Of a stretch of DNA of 64,000 bases, positions 49,786-63,941 are shown in pieces. The notes beneath the pieces are model-generated. The model saw nothing but the letters and a program-made list of their open reading frames with translations, had not been told where the DNA came from and did not search any database. Every line of letters starts with the position of its first letter. Within the stretch, counting starts at the first letter, position 1. Source of the DNA: Vicugna vicugna. Taxonomy: Eukaryota. The DNA lies in NCBI GenBank assembly GCA_013265495.1, contig MU058844.1, forward strand, positions 11,802,184-11,866,183, given 5' to 3'. The translations under genes and the position numbers were made by a program.

Positions 49786-52700
49786 TACTGGGGGATTCAA
49801 CAAGATTGCCTATTATTCATACTACCTGAAGACATGAAAATAAGAAATGTGGAATTAGGAAGTGTGAAGATGAAAACATGAGGTCTAAGGATTATTCTCC
49901 TACTATCCTGAGTACTTTTTTTCCCAACTGCTTGGTCAGCAACATAAAATTACAAATACATTAGGAGCATCTGTTTATTTCACTGAACAAAAGTAATGAT
50001 GCAGGGCCACCACCTGTAGCTGCAATGCCTTTCGCATCTGGATCGGCACTGTGCATGGTCTTCCCAGCTGTATGCAGTGACCCTGTCCACAACAGCCCAG
50101 AAATAAAGTGAGACCAATAACTGGAAAACCATGTTTCTGTATCAGGGACATCTAATCCACTGGATTCAGAAACATAGAAAATACACCATAAAAGATGTAA
50201 GCTTCAAATACATTCTTTAAAAAAAGTCTAAGGGAACACTTCAAAGTTTCTTTTTTCTTTTTATCTGCCTTTCACGAGAATAGTTTTCTTGATGTATTTC
50301 CTTTTACTGATATTCATCCTGACCTCAACATTCGTTTTCTTTGCCAATCAGTTTTCTTACTAAAGTGAGATATCCAAATATATATTCCCTCTGCTTCCAT
50401 ATTATCTGAGTCTAAAGAGTTCCTTTTCTTGAAGTTTCACAATGGAAGACTGATTTCTGACAATAGAAACTGTTGCCTAACTCTTTCTTACAAATTCTTT
50501 GCTTATTGGTTTTATGAACGACACACGTTACCCTAAAATATCTTCCTCTTTCCTGTTTTAATCACTTGGGTTATGAAAATGGCTGAATAGAAAAGCATAA
50601 TGTTGACAAATTACAACAGATTCTGTAAAGATGACTTATAATTAAAAATTATTTAATTTAGGAAATTTTTTTATCATTATCAACATAAGATATATACGAG
50701 GAGATTCTAATCTTTAACAAAGTTGAAAATTTAGGCTGAGGATAAGATGTTTTGTTTCATTTGCTTTATTTTATTCCCTATACCCATATCCTCTTGCTAA
50801 ATACTTTTACAAAAACATTTTGTTTTTATTTCCCCCAACACAATGCTTTATAAGCTTTAGGAGGCAGGCAAGGATGAACATAGGAAAAAAAAAAGGTAAC
50901 CAAGTTTGGTATCTAAAACTTCAGACTATTTTTTGGTATTCAATAGCTGTATTTTTAATAATTACCAATATTATATAAACTTAGAAGAAATGAGAATAAA
51001 AATTACTGAAAACATACTATTAAGTAGCTGGTTATTTTCAACTAGATTTTCACTTACTAGAGGAGGAAGTTTGACTTAGTAACCTCAGCTTAAAATCCTT
51101 ATAATTAGTCAATTCTTGTACTTTCATGATGAGTAGTATTTTTATACCATAGCTATGTTAATATTCAGTTCAGACGAAAAGGAAAACGAGGGTGAGGTGA
51201 GAGAGAACCACCAAAAATATTTGTAAGGTTCCCACTGGTCTCATAAAAGTTCACAGAAACATCTCTTAGTGCCATAAATCTTCTCTTTGCCAAGTTCTAT
51301 AACAGCACCAAGAAACTTTGAAATCAGTCAGTTCCACTATCACTGACAGGTATCTCCTGAGTTACTGCAAATACCTTCAATGGATTTTTAAGAATATGGA
51401 GAAAATCTGCACAGCCAAAATAAAACAGAATAAAGCACTATTATTTGCTGAAAATGGGATGGGCTAAACTCTATCAACAACTGGCATGATGCATTCTATA
51501 TGAGAACTTGGAATACAGACCTAGGGAAATGAATAATTTGCTAACTTTTAAAATAAGCCTACTTTTCATTACTTAAAGTTGGCTTATAATAAATACATTC
51601 ATTTTCATATTCTTTATCATAAGTAAAACAAAATCTCTCACATATATTTCTGGAATTAATAGAAAAAAAATTCTCGCAAATGCAGGCAGGATGAAATAGG
51701 AAGCGTTAAAGATGAAAGGTAGTATGTTGTCTCTTCTCTTCTAAGTACTTTCGGATGGAGACCATCAGATGCTAATTTTTGCAAATCTACTGATTTACTA
51801 CAGACTTTACTAACATAAGCAGTAACTTCTAGATGAGGTCATTGAAAACAAAGTGTGTTAGTGTTCACATACTCTCAGTCTTGGGGACAACATGGCCAAC
51901 TTTCCACACTTTCTGACAAAAAACAGGCAAACAAAACAAAACAAGACAAAACACTTTAAACAAATGTAAGTGGAAAGTTTCATAATTCTAACTGGATGGG
52001 ATAGATTTTTCTCTCATAAAGCCAATTTCCCTGTTTCTATTAAACACGAAAATTATTCATTAGAATAGGACAGTTTTGAAAGCCATGCCTGAAAGCATGT
52101 GCCTTCTAGAGGTTTTATTTCTGTAATTTTTTCAGCAATAATAGCCTATTTGCATTTTCTACTGTACATATCCCAGATTCTCATGAAACAAGATATTTGG
52201 AATTTCTCTAAGAATAGCATTAGGAAAAATCAATTCAATTCAATTGTATGGCTTATGCTAATTTAGATGTAACTCCCATGTTCTTTGAAGTAGTTTTTGT
52301 TTATATTCATCAGGCAGAAATCCTTACATCTCCCCTTCCCTAAACACAAGAAACCTAGTTTCTAGGTATATTTATTTCACCACACCTGACCCTTTAATTT
52401 ATCTGCATATTGTATCTTATCTAAGGAAGTGCTATCTCAGTAGCCCAAATCTATTAAGTGGTAAGATCAGGTTCTAGAAATGTAGGCTTCTTCCTTCATG
52501 GTGTTGAAAAACTATATAAAAATACTGCCTGATTGCTGAAAGATGCTTAGAAACACACTTACCCAGCTGAATTTACCTTTGAGAGTTAAAAGGATATAAA
52601 TGAGAGACCAGTGGGGATTTCAACCCCCTCACCAGCTTGCATCCCTCAGCTGTTTTTAGATCTATCTCACAAAACAAGCATTTGGAGACCATAACCTCAC

Positions 52701-54112
52701 CAGTGTACCTAAACAAGAAAAATAATGACCATAACATGCCACAAAAACTATAATAAAGGTGAAATGGCCATCTAATTGCACATCTGGCAATGGGAAGTGC
52801 GGAAAAGGAGAGAATGCTCAGAAGAGGTTAACATTTGCCTCTGCACCAAAAAAAAGTAGAGTGTGGTCTTAAAGAATCACTGGAAGAATTTGCAAAGCAT
52901 TTTAGTCAACAAGCAATGCCATGAAGGAAATGATGCTAAAGGAAGAAAAAAAGAAAAAGAAAACAGAAAAGATTTTTTTAAAATTTAAACTAACAGAGCA
53001 GCTTTTCCTCTTGAGCTCTTCTCCAGAGGATTTGATTGAAACAAAGCATCACTGGCAGAAAAGCAGGATTTATTATTGCTTTACAGAATATTCAGTAAAA
53101 TTGTAAAATTACTAGTGAATTTTAAAGAGGGTACAGAAATTCCAGGCAATCTTAAAATAGTGAGCCCCACTTAGATAAGCTGTAGTTTGGTTGCCCACTT
53201 TCTCTCTCTCCCATTTACATTTTATTGGGATATTTTCTTCCTCAGCATCTAAGCCCCTACAAGCATCCTTCCAAAAACTCATCACCAAAGTGTATGTAGT
53301 AAATTGGGACTAAGGGTCAGTAAATAGCCACTAAAAAGATGGAAAAAGTATAAGAAGTTGGAAAAGAGACTGAAAAAGTTGAAATCAACAGGAGCAACCA
53401 GTTTGATAGCAGCATGTGAACACCAGCTGTGCAAAGTCGCAAAATTCAGTTTGTCAATCAGCAAGAATTTATACACCTGTTAACGTATAGACGATACTTT
53501 ACTATTCTCTCCGAAATTTTAGCTTTATATGTTCAAAGAAAAAGTGAAAGATGTTTAGAATTGAACCGAAACATAAAGACCTAAATCCACATTATTTATC
53601 TCAAATAACTTTTAACATGGTTGTCTACTGATATAAAATTTTTTTCTCCAATTCTGCCATAGGGAAGGAAGAGAGAAATGGCAAATAATAAAATTAAGTC
53701 AACATAAAGCTGAATGGAACAAGATATTGTGTTTGTGAGTAAAATTCAAAGCCTACTGTGCACAAAGGGATAGTGGGTCCACAGCAGGACACCATTCTAG
53801 AGGCGAGCAGGTAATGGTGCTTCCAGAGTCTACCTGGTGGCTTCACCTTCCATCTGTCTAGCCATTTGTGCTTGCATTGGATAAAGAACTTCTAGATAGT
53901 CCTGAATGATAAACTCATAGGAAAGGGAGCAAAGGAAAAGAAATACCATTATCTTGGAGCCAATCTGAAAATACTGACCCAGTACCAGTTCTACCCAGAG
54001 AGCAAAAACAGTGGTTTTCTATCGTTCATTTCAGAAGACTGACAAGTTCCTTCTTTCTGTAAAATGCACCCTTTTCTCTGAGCTAAAACACTTATTTGCA
54101 TATTGATCACAT

Positions 54113-54229
54113 TAGAGGGTGGTCAACAAGTCTGAAAATACAGATGAATAAATTAGATGATATATGGAAGTTACAGTACAAAACATCATAAAATGACATT
54201 CTAGTTTTCCAGACTTTTTGATTCTCGTA
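54113..54229. mobile_element. Short Tc1/mariner-type MITE relic (DNA1_Mam-like)
   Basis: Imperfect TIRs tagagggtggtcaacaagtctgaaaa ... ttttccagactttttgattctcgta, flanked by TA. Confidence 0.45.
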
Positions 54230-56299
54230 TTTTTAACAGCCTTCATTCTTAAACCCTTCCAATGAATACCATGATCATTTCCCCCTTAACACAACTTGTA
54301 ATTATCCACAAATCTCTATAAATTCATTCTTATTTATTCTCCCAACAAGTTGTTTCCTGCCTTTGAAATTCTACCTTATATTTCCTCAATATTCCTGCTC
54401 TTATTCCCTGTCCTCTAATATCATTTGATATTATAAGGCTAACTTCACACATAATATATTTCAATTCCTCACCTCCCTTGTTGGATACTATATATTAAGA
54501 TGTTCTAAAAGACCATAAAATATCAATAGAAAATTATCCAGTTTTCCTTAGACATCACATTATTATTTTATTGGAATATCTAAACATTGCTAAGTCCCAC
54601 ACCCAAGTTCTAGTTTTGATAGATCATACTTGGCAATCCAAAAATTACAGTGTACAGTCGAGGAAGGATGTGGAGATGAGATACAGGGGAAAAAAGATTT
54701 GATAAATTATGACATCTCAGGAAGCCATAACCACACTTCATATTAGAACTAAGATGTTCTAATATAAAGTGATAATTATATGAGACTACGATGTAATTTT
54801 GAAAACTGCGACTTACTGGAGATGATATACATAATAATTTAAGAAGCCATCCATGGGGGGGTATATCAGGATTTTTTAAATGCATTATATTTAACCTGTC
54901 TTCTCATAGTAGAGACCCTTAGCCTACCCAAATATTTAAAATGAAAGGTCAATATTTACTATGTACTCCTGAAAATACACATGCTGTAATTCTCATAATG
55001 AGAAAATAGTAGCATAATAACATAGCAGCATCTTCACAGAACAAGATATTCAAGTTTCACCACTTGGATTTTTAAAGTAATTGCATCCCCGCCCACTCTA
55101 GTATCCTCCCGATCAAGGCAGATCCTCATTTGCCTCAATATATACAATATAAGTAACTGTTATGCCCTAAATAAAAAACTGCACTGAGCTAAACAGTAAC
55201 TTATGAATAAGATAACCGTCTGTAAATTGCTTTTTCCATTATTTATGTATTCAGCCTAAAATTTTACTTTGAAATAACGAAGAACATCTGACCAGTAGTG
55301 AAGAGGGCCAGAACTAAAATTCAAGAAACGCGTGTCCCCACTTCCACCATCCGCACTCACCATCTTGTCAATTCCACTGCCATACTCTGATGTTCATGTC
55401 AGTTCCCACCCCTGACAGGTTTCAAGGATCCCCTCCATCAATAGTGCCAACTTAAATGATAGCAAAGTCAGTACATCTTGCTGCACACATCTCAACTGTT
55501 TGGAAAAATTAAAAAATAAAAAATGTAATACTCTTCCCTTCTCCAAAATGGGGATTCACACTTAAGAAGACCTTGAAGTTTCCAACCTCACTGAGTAACA
55601 GCACCAGCAGCAGCAGCACTCTAACCAACGTTTTCAGACCATGAACAAGCTTAAAAACAGCCTTAACTTGTGTTAAATCTTCCACACCTAGTAGTTTACT
55701 GTGTTGGTGTTGGTTTTTAATTACAGGCAAGTTCCATTAATGGGCAGTTCCAGTCTAATTAAGGAGGAAAGCAGGTCTGTGCTGTTGAGGACTCACGCCC
55801 TCAGTTCACAAACGGCTTCTCAGCAATTCTTTAATCCTTTCCCCAGATTCAGTGTTTTCCCTCTTTCTCCAACTGCCTCTGCTTACCACACATCAGTTGT
55901 TTTCATTGGCTCTCATCTACTCCTTCCCTTTGAATTCAACCTTCTCTCCCTGTTGTTGTTTTCCTGGTGTAACATTTCAAATAAAGATCTCCACTGCTTT
56001 GGTGTTGCTTTATTTATTTCTCTTTCAATTTGCATGGTATAGAGTTTGGTGAAAGTAGAGTTCAATGCCAGGCCATGGTAGAGAAAGCAGGATGTCTGAT
56101 TTGGAGACCATATCTTCCTAGAGGATTTCTGAGAAGTTTATCAGAGGGCAGGAAATGTTAGGAGATGTTGGGGTGTTCTCCCCAAATCAGCTTTCCCTCG
56201 ACCTATGAAGAGTGATGAGTCTCCTTGGGCATTGATACATTACTTCCTCCAGGATATTGGACTTGTGAGTGTCCACCAACCTCTGGCATGATATTAGGT

Positions 56300-56495
56300 C
56301 AGTGGTCCTTTAATGGGAGTGGGCTACTGAACCACTTGGAGGGCTTGCTAAACCCAGGTGGCTGGGCCCTACCCCTAGAGACATTGAAATGATAAATCTG
56401 GGGTGGGGCCTGAGGATTTGCCTTTCCAATATGCTCCTAAATGCTGCTGATCTGGACATCTTGGTCTGTGGACCACAGTCTTGCAGCGTGCAATA
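56300..56495. mobile_element. MER5A (hAT-Charlie)
   Basis: ccacttggagggcttgctaaa...ctgggccctacccctagaga...tctggggtggggcctgaggatttgc...ggaccaca. Confidence 0.85.
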
Positions 56496-58242
56496 AACAG
56501 AAGAGCAAGAAAGAGGATTTACTTTTGAGAATAACTTGAATGTATTTATACTAGATGCTAGGAAAAAGAAAAAAAATAGACTGGAGAAACAAAGACATTG
56601 ACATTTTAGAATTTTCCACTCTTCACTGAAATATTCTGGATTAATGCCAGGCTCTAATTTTTTGAGTGCTTGCTATTAGTCATGTGAACCAATCTGGTAC
56701 CAGCCCTGTGGTTGCTGAACAGTCCTATTCTTCATAATTCCTTATGAACCATCTCTTAGATACACATTTATTTTCCCGAAGCCCTTTTCATTTTGATGGG
56801 TTTGTCATTCTCCCAGGCTATTTTCTGAAGGATCACTGTAGAATTTTGGATAGCCTCTCCAGGTATGAATATAACCATTGGAAGGTGAATGCAGAGGAGA
56901 TGCAAATAGAAAAAAACAAAAACCAAAAAACTACATCAATCAGGTCTGGTAATCTGAGTGGCAGGAACTGATGGGCACTTTCTTCAGGGCCTCCTAAGAT
57001 CAATTCCAGACTCATTACTTTGCTCAAGGATCATATTTCTGGGGTGGGTGGGGATTGATTCACGAAACTTGAGTCACATCACTACCACTTGGCCAAGAAA
57101 AGTAGAGTACCTTGATATATTGTCTGATGAAGACAGTATCCAATTGCAATGGCTGGTTCCCCAAAGTAAAACGAGTGTGCTGTCAGGAAAAGAATGACTA
57201 ATGAATGTCGGGTAGATGAACAAAAGGAGTCCACTGCAGACTGAGTTGCTGCTTGGATTTAAACTCTGCCCAGGCACTAATAGCTGACAGAATCCCAGTG
57301 CTCATAAGAGTTCAGTGACTTTTTACTTAGGAAGAATGTCTATGTCAATCCCTGAGCTTTGCTCAATGATCAAATGTGATTTTTATTTCATTAAAAAAAT
57401 AAAAACTATAACTCAATAAAAAAATGCTAAAAAAAAAGATTCCTCAATATTTCATTGGGACTAAATCTCTGATCTCTGAAATGATCATGGAAGTCTGGGT
57501 GGGAGTAAAAAAATCATTTATTAAGTAGCATTTCATTATTTAAGTTATTTATCTTTGTTTAACTGATTGGTTGAACTTCCATCAAAGTAGGATATCCAGG
57601 TTCTCTCCAGTCCAAGAAGAGTACAACATAAGTTAAAGGAATAGAACTAAAGTGGAAGTTTGTTACAATTAAACCATCTGAATGGTATGGAGTTTAGGAT
57701 ATGGGGCTGTTACTTCAGGCTAGGGCAGTACAAGAAAACAAAGGAAAATACATGTCTCACTGTATGTACTGAATAAAGAAATCCTAGGAGAGTGGAATAA
57801 ACTTTTCTATGCTTATGTTTACCAATTTGCAGAATATTATGAAGAAATGTCAAGGTTGAGGGTAAAGAAAATGTGATGATTGAATCAGGGCTCAGAATTA
57901 ATCAGCATCTCCAAAGTCAAGAATCACCTTAAAAGGTTATTAATTTGAGTATTAAGAAGATAAAAGGCTTAAGGGTTGAAACAAAGCAAGAAGTAAACTT
58001 CTATTTCAAATTAATACAGTAGAAAATAATTTTAATATGATATGTTTGTGAATAAAACAATCATAAAAAGTTTTGGAAAACAATGGAAAAGTTTTCCATT
58101 AATGCAAAAATTAATGAATTGAATATAGTCATAATATTAAAAAATGATCTCTTTTTGGGATATCCAATAAATATCTGGTCATAATTTGCCCCCAAATCAG
58201 CAAAATGTCACAAAAATATGTTCCAGAAATTTTACTCCCTAA

Positions 58243-59890
58243 AGATTTAAAAACAAATAATTCTAAAATTTGTACAGAAACACAAAAGACTCCAAATAGC
58301 CAAAGCAATCTTGAGAAAGAAGGATAAAACTGGAGGTATCATGCTCAATTTCAAATTATACTACAAAGTAATAGTAATCTAAACAGCATGGTACTGGAAC
58401 ATAAACAGGCACATAGGTCAATAGAACAGTATAGAGAGACTAGTAATAAACCCATATGCACACAGGCAATTAATCTATGACAAAAGAGGCAAGAATATAC
58501 AATGAGGAAGAAAGACAGTCTCTTCAATAAATGGTGTTGGGAAAACTGGACAACTACATGCAACAGAATTTAGCTAGACCTTACACCATATGAAAAAATT
58601 AACTCAAAATGGCATAAAGACAAATGTAAGATCTGAAACCATAAGACTCCTAGAAGAAAATATAAGCAGTAGGCTCTCTGACATCCGTTTTAGCAGCATT
58701 TTTTGGATCTGTCTCCTCAGGCAAGGATATGAAAAGAAAAAATAAACAAATGGGAAGACATCAAACTGAAAAGCATTTGCAACAGGAAAGGAAACCATCA
58801 ATAAAATGAAATAGCAACCTGCTGAATAAGAGAAGATATTTGCAATATAAGAATAGATGATATGTCTGATAAAGGATTAATACCCAAAATATACAAAGAA
58901 CTCAATATCAGAAAAATAATGCAATTCAAAAATGGGTAAAGGACCTAAATAGACATTTTCCAAAGAAGACATACAAATGGCTAACAGGCACATGAAAAGA
59001 TGCAAAACATCACTAATCATCAAGGAAATGCAAATCAAACCTACAGTGAGATAACATCTCACACCTGTCAGAATGGTTATTATCAAAAATTCTATGTGTA
59101 ACAAGTGTTGGTGAGGATGTGGAAAGAAGGGCATTCTTGTGCACTGTTGGTGGGAATATAAATTGGTACAACCACTGTGGAAGACAGTATGGATATTCCT
59201 AAAAAAACCAAAAAAACAAAAAAACAGAACCACTATATGACCCAGCAATTCCTCTTCTGGGTATTTATCTGAAGAAAACAGGAACACTAATTAGAAAAGA
59301 TATATGCACTCCTATTTTCATTGCAGCACTATGTATAAAAGCCAAGATATGGAAGCAACGTAAGTGTCCATCAACAGATGAATGGATAAAGAAGATGTAG
59401 TGTACAATGAAATATTATTAAGACATGAAAAAGAATGAAATATGGCTATTTGTAACAACATGGATGGACCTGGAGTGTATTGTTCTAAGTGAGATAAGTC
59501 AGGCAGAGAAAGACAAATACTGTATGATTTCATTCATATGTGGAATCTAGTAAACAAAACTAATGAGCAAAGATAACAAAACAGAAACAGAGTCATAGGT
59601 TCAGAGAAGAAACGTGTAGTTGCCAGCAGGGAGACGGCGAGGAGGAAGAGAATAATAGTTGAGGGAGATTAAGAGGTATAAATCTCCAGTCACAAAGTAA
59701 TCCACGGAGATGTAATGTACAGCAAAGGGAATATAGTCAATAACATTATAGTAATTTTGTATGGTGACAGATGGTAAGAAAACTTAGGGTGATCATTTTG
59801 TAATGAATGAAAATACTGAAGCACTATGTTGTCCTCCTGAAACTTAAAGTCAATTATACTTCAATAAATATAAAATAAATAAAACGAAAT
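58243..59890 (+). mobile_element. 5'-truncated LINE-1, about 1.65 kb (degenerate ORF2 C-terminal part plus 3' UTR and A-rich tail)
   Basis: caaatagccaaagcaatcttgagaaag, gacagtctcttcaataaatggtgttgggaaaactgg, agacattttccaaagaagacatac motifs. Multiple stops and frameshifts. Confidence 0.95.
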
Positions 59891-59924
59891 AATATTCAAA
59901 GCATTAAAAAAACAACCAAATACT

Positions 59925-60387
59925 AAAAAATTAGATGTGCATTCATGTTCACAGCAGCACTATTCACAATGGGCAAAGGGTAGAAACAGACCAAAGGCCC
60001 AACAGTGGATGAATGGATAAACAAATTGTGCTTTATACACACAACAAAAGATACAGCAGCCTTAAACAGGAATGGAGTACAGATACATGCTACAATGTGA
60101 ATGAACCTTGAAAACAAGGTGCTAAGTGAAAGAAGCCAGATACAAAGGTTATAGATCACATAACTCCAATTTCTATGAACTATCCAGAATAGGTAAATGC
60201 ATAGAGACAGAATGCAAACTAGTGTTGCCAGGGGCTAAGGGATGAAATGAGGAGCAGCTGCTTAACAAGTACAGGGTTTCCTTTGGAGGTGATGAAAGTT
60301 TTGGGGAACTAGACTGAGTTGGTGGTTGCACAATATTGTGAATGTACTAAATGCCACTGAATTGTTTCCTACAATAGTTAATTTTAC
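59925..60387 (+). mobile_element. L1MB-type LINE-1 3' end
   Basis: atgaaccttgaaaaca...gctaagtgaaagaagccagatacaaaagg...gttgccaggggct...aatgtactaaatgccactgaattgt. Confidence 0.88.
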
Positions 60388-63300
60388 AGCACTCCCAGTG
60401 AATGCCTCTCTTCCTTCATCCCACCAGTCCACGTCCTGCTCTTCTTTTAGAGTCAATTCAAATGTCATTTACTTTGTTAGACGTTCCTTGTTAATTCCAA
60501 TCCCAAGTTAACTTTCACATTCTTTGAGTGTTTACGCTGTATTTTATATTTAGTCATTCAGTCAACAATTATTTACTAAGCACCCACTACATGTAGGGCA
60601 CTGTGTTACAGGCTAGAGAAGCTCCTTATCAAAACAAATGGCAAGAATCATACAATTATATAATCCAATCAAAGAAGGCCTCGCATCGAATCAATAAAAG
60701 TGCTTTGATAAAAAGAAACATTCCTTGAGAACATACAAGGAAATAATCTGACTGAGACCTGGGGAGGATGGCCGTCAGGATAGAGTTCTCTTAATACATG
60801 TTTTATCATACACCCTCTTAATTATTAATGATTATAATTAGTTTTTCCAATTATATTATAAAGTAATGGAGCCATGAGTTTTTAAACACTAGAAAAGAAG
60901 GCCAGATACCATGCAAATTATCCTGCTCTTAAGTGATACTGAAAGAATGGAAGAATGGCTGAATGATGGTGAAGAGATGGGTGGAGAAAAGTTTGCACTA
61001 CCACCTAATAACTAATAACTGCAAGACTAGTTAACACTTTTATTCTTATGTTTTAAAAATTTAAGAATGTTTACATGCCATTTTTGATAGAAAGCTTTTT
61101 AATTAAAAAGGTTAAATTTTTCCCTTTAATAGATCTAACTGCCTTGGATATTTATTATTGGTAGTCCTACCAGGGAAATCTGACATAAAGCTGTTTTATT
61201 TTTATCATTACATGTTTGAAAATAAGCAAGTACTTTTAATTTAAATAAGAAAACTTAATAAAATTGATTTAACATAAAACTTTGTGAGTGGCAATTTAAA
61301 AAACTTATTTGAGTATTGGCTGACCTTTATTCATAATGGCTTGGCAGAAATATTTGTTAATGAGCAAAAAGAATTAAAATATTTGCAAAAATGTATTTGC
61401 TGACATAATACCTGAAATGCCTTGTTTCTATTTTAATTAATTACCCCCAAAGTATTTAATCCTGGAAAGAAAACCCTGTTTAGCCTTACCGGACTGTAAG
61501 ACTACCCTAAATTTTAAAGTATTTTCTGATTCTAAAACAGTTATCAGTTTATAAATGGAATCATGCAGTATCTCTTTAAACCAATCAATTATTCATTAAG
61601 TAATAAAAGGCTACTGATTGATATAAAAACATACATTGGATCTTATACAAAAAATGTGTAAAATGACCAAAAAGTTCAGAAAACTGACCAACAGAATTTG
61701 AAATAATTGAAAAAGAAGGCAAAACCTGGATCAATCCTGAGCAGAAAGTTCAAATACCCAGGCATTTGAGAATCTGGTTTTAATAGATACTTGATTTAGT
61801 ATTTTTACAACAGTAAAGGTGACAAGCCAATAAAAATATTTGGCAATCCAATTTTTGCTGTACTGGAGCAACCAGGAACTCAACCAAAGGCAGATCTGAT
61901 ACACAGACCAAGTACATATCTGCCAAACATTAAAGCCAAAATGATTTGTAATTCACCGTGGAAAAAGCCATACAACCGTGGTTTTGCTATGAAATGGAAA
62001 TTAGCAATTTAACCCAATTTCAAGGACAGAGTTCAAATATAAAGAATAAACAACTCACATCAGCAAAGTATTTTTTATTCCAAATTTTTTTTGCATAACT
62101 AAAAAAAAGCGAAAGAGAGTAACTTATTCCTCAGTTCACTGGCTAAAATGTAAATAATACAGCAAGGAAGAAAGCTAGATGATGTGGCATTGGTATTAAA
62201 ATATCACCAAACATAAGATGCCGTACAATAAATGTTCCCTTTAAAATTATCTGAAGGAGTATTCAAAGTACTAGGTACACAAAAAGGATGTAATTTTTAA
62301 TGTTTAATGGTGTTTTGGGCTTCATTAATGTAGTTTACGTGAAACTCATTCATATTACTCTAGTTTCCATTTATAGAAAACAATTATTTGAATCTGTCAG
62401 AAAAAGTTCTGTTTTCCTTTTGAATACCTGGGGATAATAGCAAATCCATTTTCCCTTTCTCCATCTTTCCTTCCTAAAATCAGAGATAAGCTTGATCGAG
62501 TTGTAAATGTAAACCACACAGCTATATCTAAGGTGAAACTCATGACACACCTAACTTCTCAAATCTCTTAGGTTTGGTTTTCTACAGTCCATTATTGGGG
62601 GAGGACTCATTGTATTTTCTATAGAAAGTCATTAGTGTATTTTTAGCTGGTTTCTGTCCACTAACCCCTGAACATCAAGGCTAACTTGGGGAAGGATATA
62701 GAAAAAGGTGCTATTCTTAAAATATACACCAAGCATCAAAATATATACCAAAGCAAGAATCATCTGGGCAAAAATCATCTCTCATATTCTTATATTCATG
62801 CAAACACTTTAAGGCCAAAGCCATCTTTAAAAGATGGATTCTTTTAAATAGTGATTTAGTTCACTTTTATATTTTTATATATCGTTCAAGGATGTTCAAC
62901 ATGGGGCCCCTGAGAGACTAAATAATCATTCATGTATGTATCAAATATTTAGTCAGCAGCAACTGTGAGCAAAAGTGCTATTAAGGGTAGAGTGATGCAA
63001 GACACGATGTCTCTCAGTTGTTTCCTAACTGAAAGGGAAGCTAAGATAAGAACCTTTTCACTTAGAAATCATGAAAAAGTGAAGATGAACGTCTCTGATG
63101 TGCTCAGGGAGATTCACCCCCAGAGGCCAAGGAATGAACAAGTTAGGACATCAGGGGAAGCTCTTAGTTCTTCTAGGCAATGAACTGAAGTCTTCAGGAG
63201 CAAGTCACACAAGGCCTGTCAGGTTGTTGTATTAGTAACATTGAAACTCAAGAGAGAAAAATTTAAGTTTTATATAGAGTTTTCTAAATTGGATGGAGCA

Positions 63301-63659
63301 CACTATTTATTTTTTTACAGTCTTAGTGAAATAAAGTATCTCAAGTTCTATTTTTATTCATCAAAGAAAGAAAATGAAAAAAAACATATTAATGCATTCT
63401 AATGCTCTGAGAATCAGTACTGCATGTATACAGTGTCAAAATAAAAATTTTGAAATCATGGGAAAAACAAATATCCCCCTCTCCGTTTGGATGTATGTTT
63501 GTATGAGAGAGATACAAATAAATCAGGAGGATGTGAAGTTTTTAAATAGGACAGGAAATTAAAATTCATAGATAATTAATTTTAAAATCTATTAAATGTC
63601 TAAAACCACTTCCAGTTAAAGTTTAGTTTTTGTTCACAAAGACAGTATGTTTAACATAT

Positions 63660-63696
63660 GTTATTATATAAATTATATATACAGTATTACATATAT

Positions 63697-63730
<34 letters not shown>
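63660..63730. repeat. (TA)n-(CA)n microsatellite
   Basis: Direct reading. Confidence 0.9.
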
Positions 63731-63737
<7 letters not shown>

Positions 63738-63941
63738 CACCTCGCATGCTATGTAATTATGAAAGTGAGGGAAGGAACGAACAATTACTGAGTAATGTCT
63801 ATGTGACAGAAACTCTGCCAAGTTGCTGTCATATATTAAGTTCATTGAGTTCTAAGCACCACACTTTGAGTTAGGGTATCATATCAGTTTTTGGTTGTGG
63901 GAACTAAGACTCTGTAAGGTTAAATATTCTACCAGGGTCCA

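Noticed and set aside
49367..49881. 156-aa and 76-aa ORFs with RE/ER repeats
   Set aside because: Open only because of the (GT)n(GA)n microsatellite.
58351..60159. Run of minus-strand ORFs up to 136 aa (and 37285-37536)
   Set aside because: Antisense frames of LINE-1 sequence, a common artefact.
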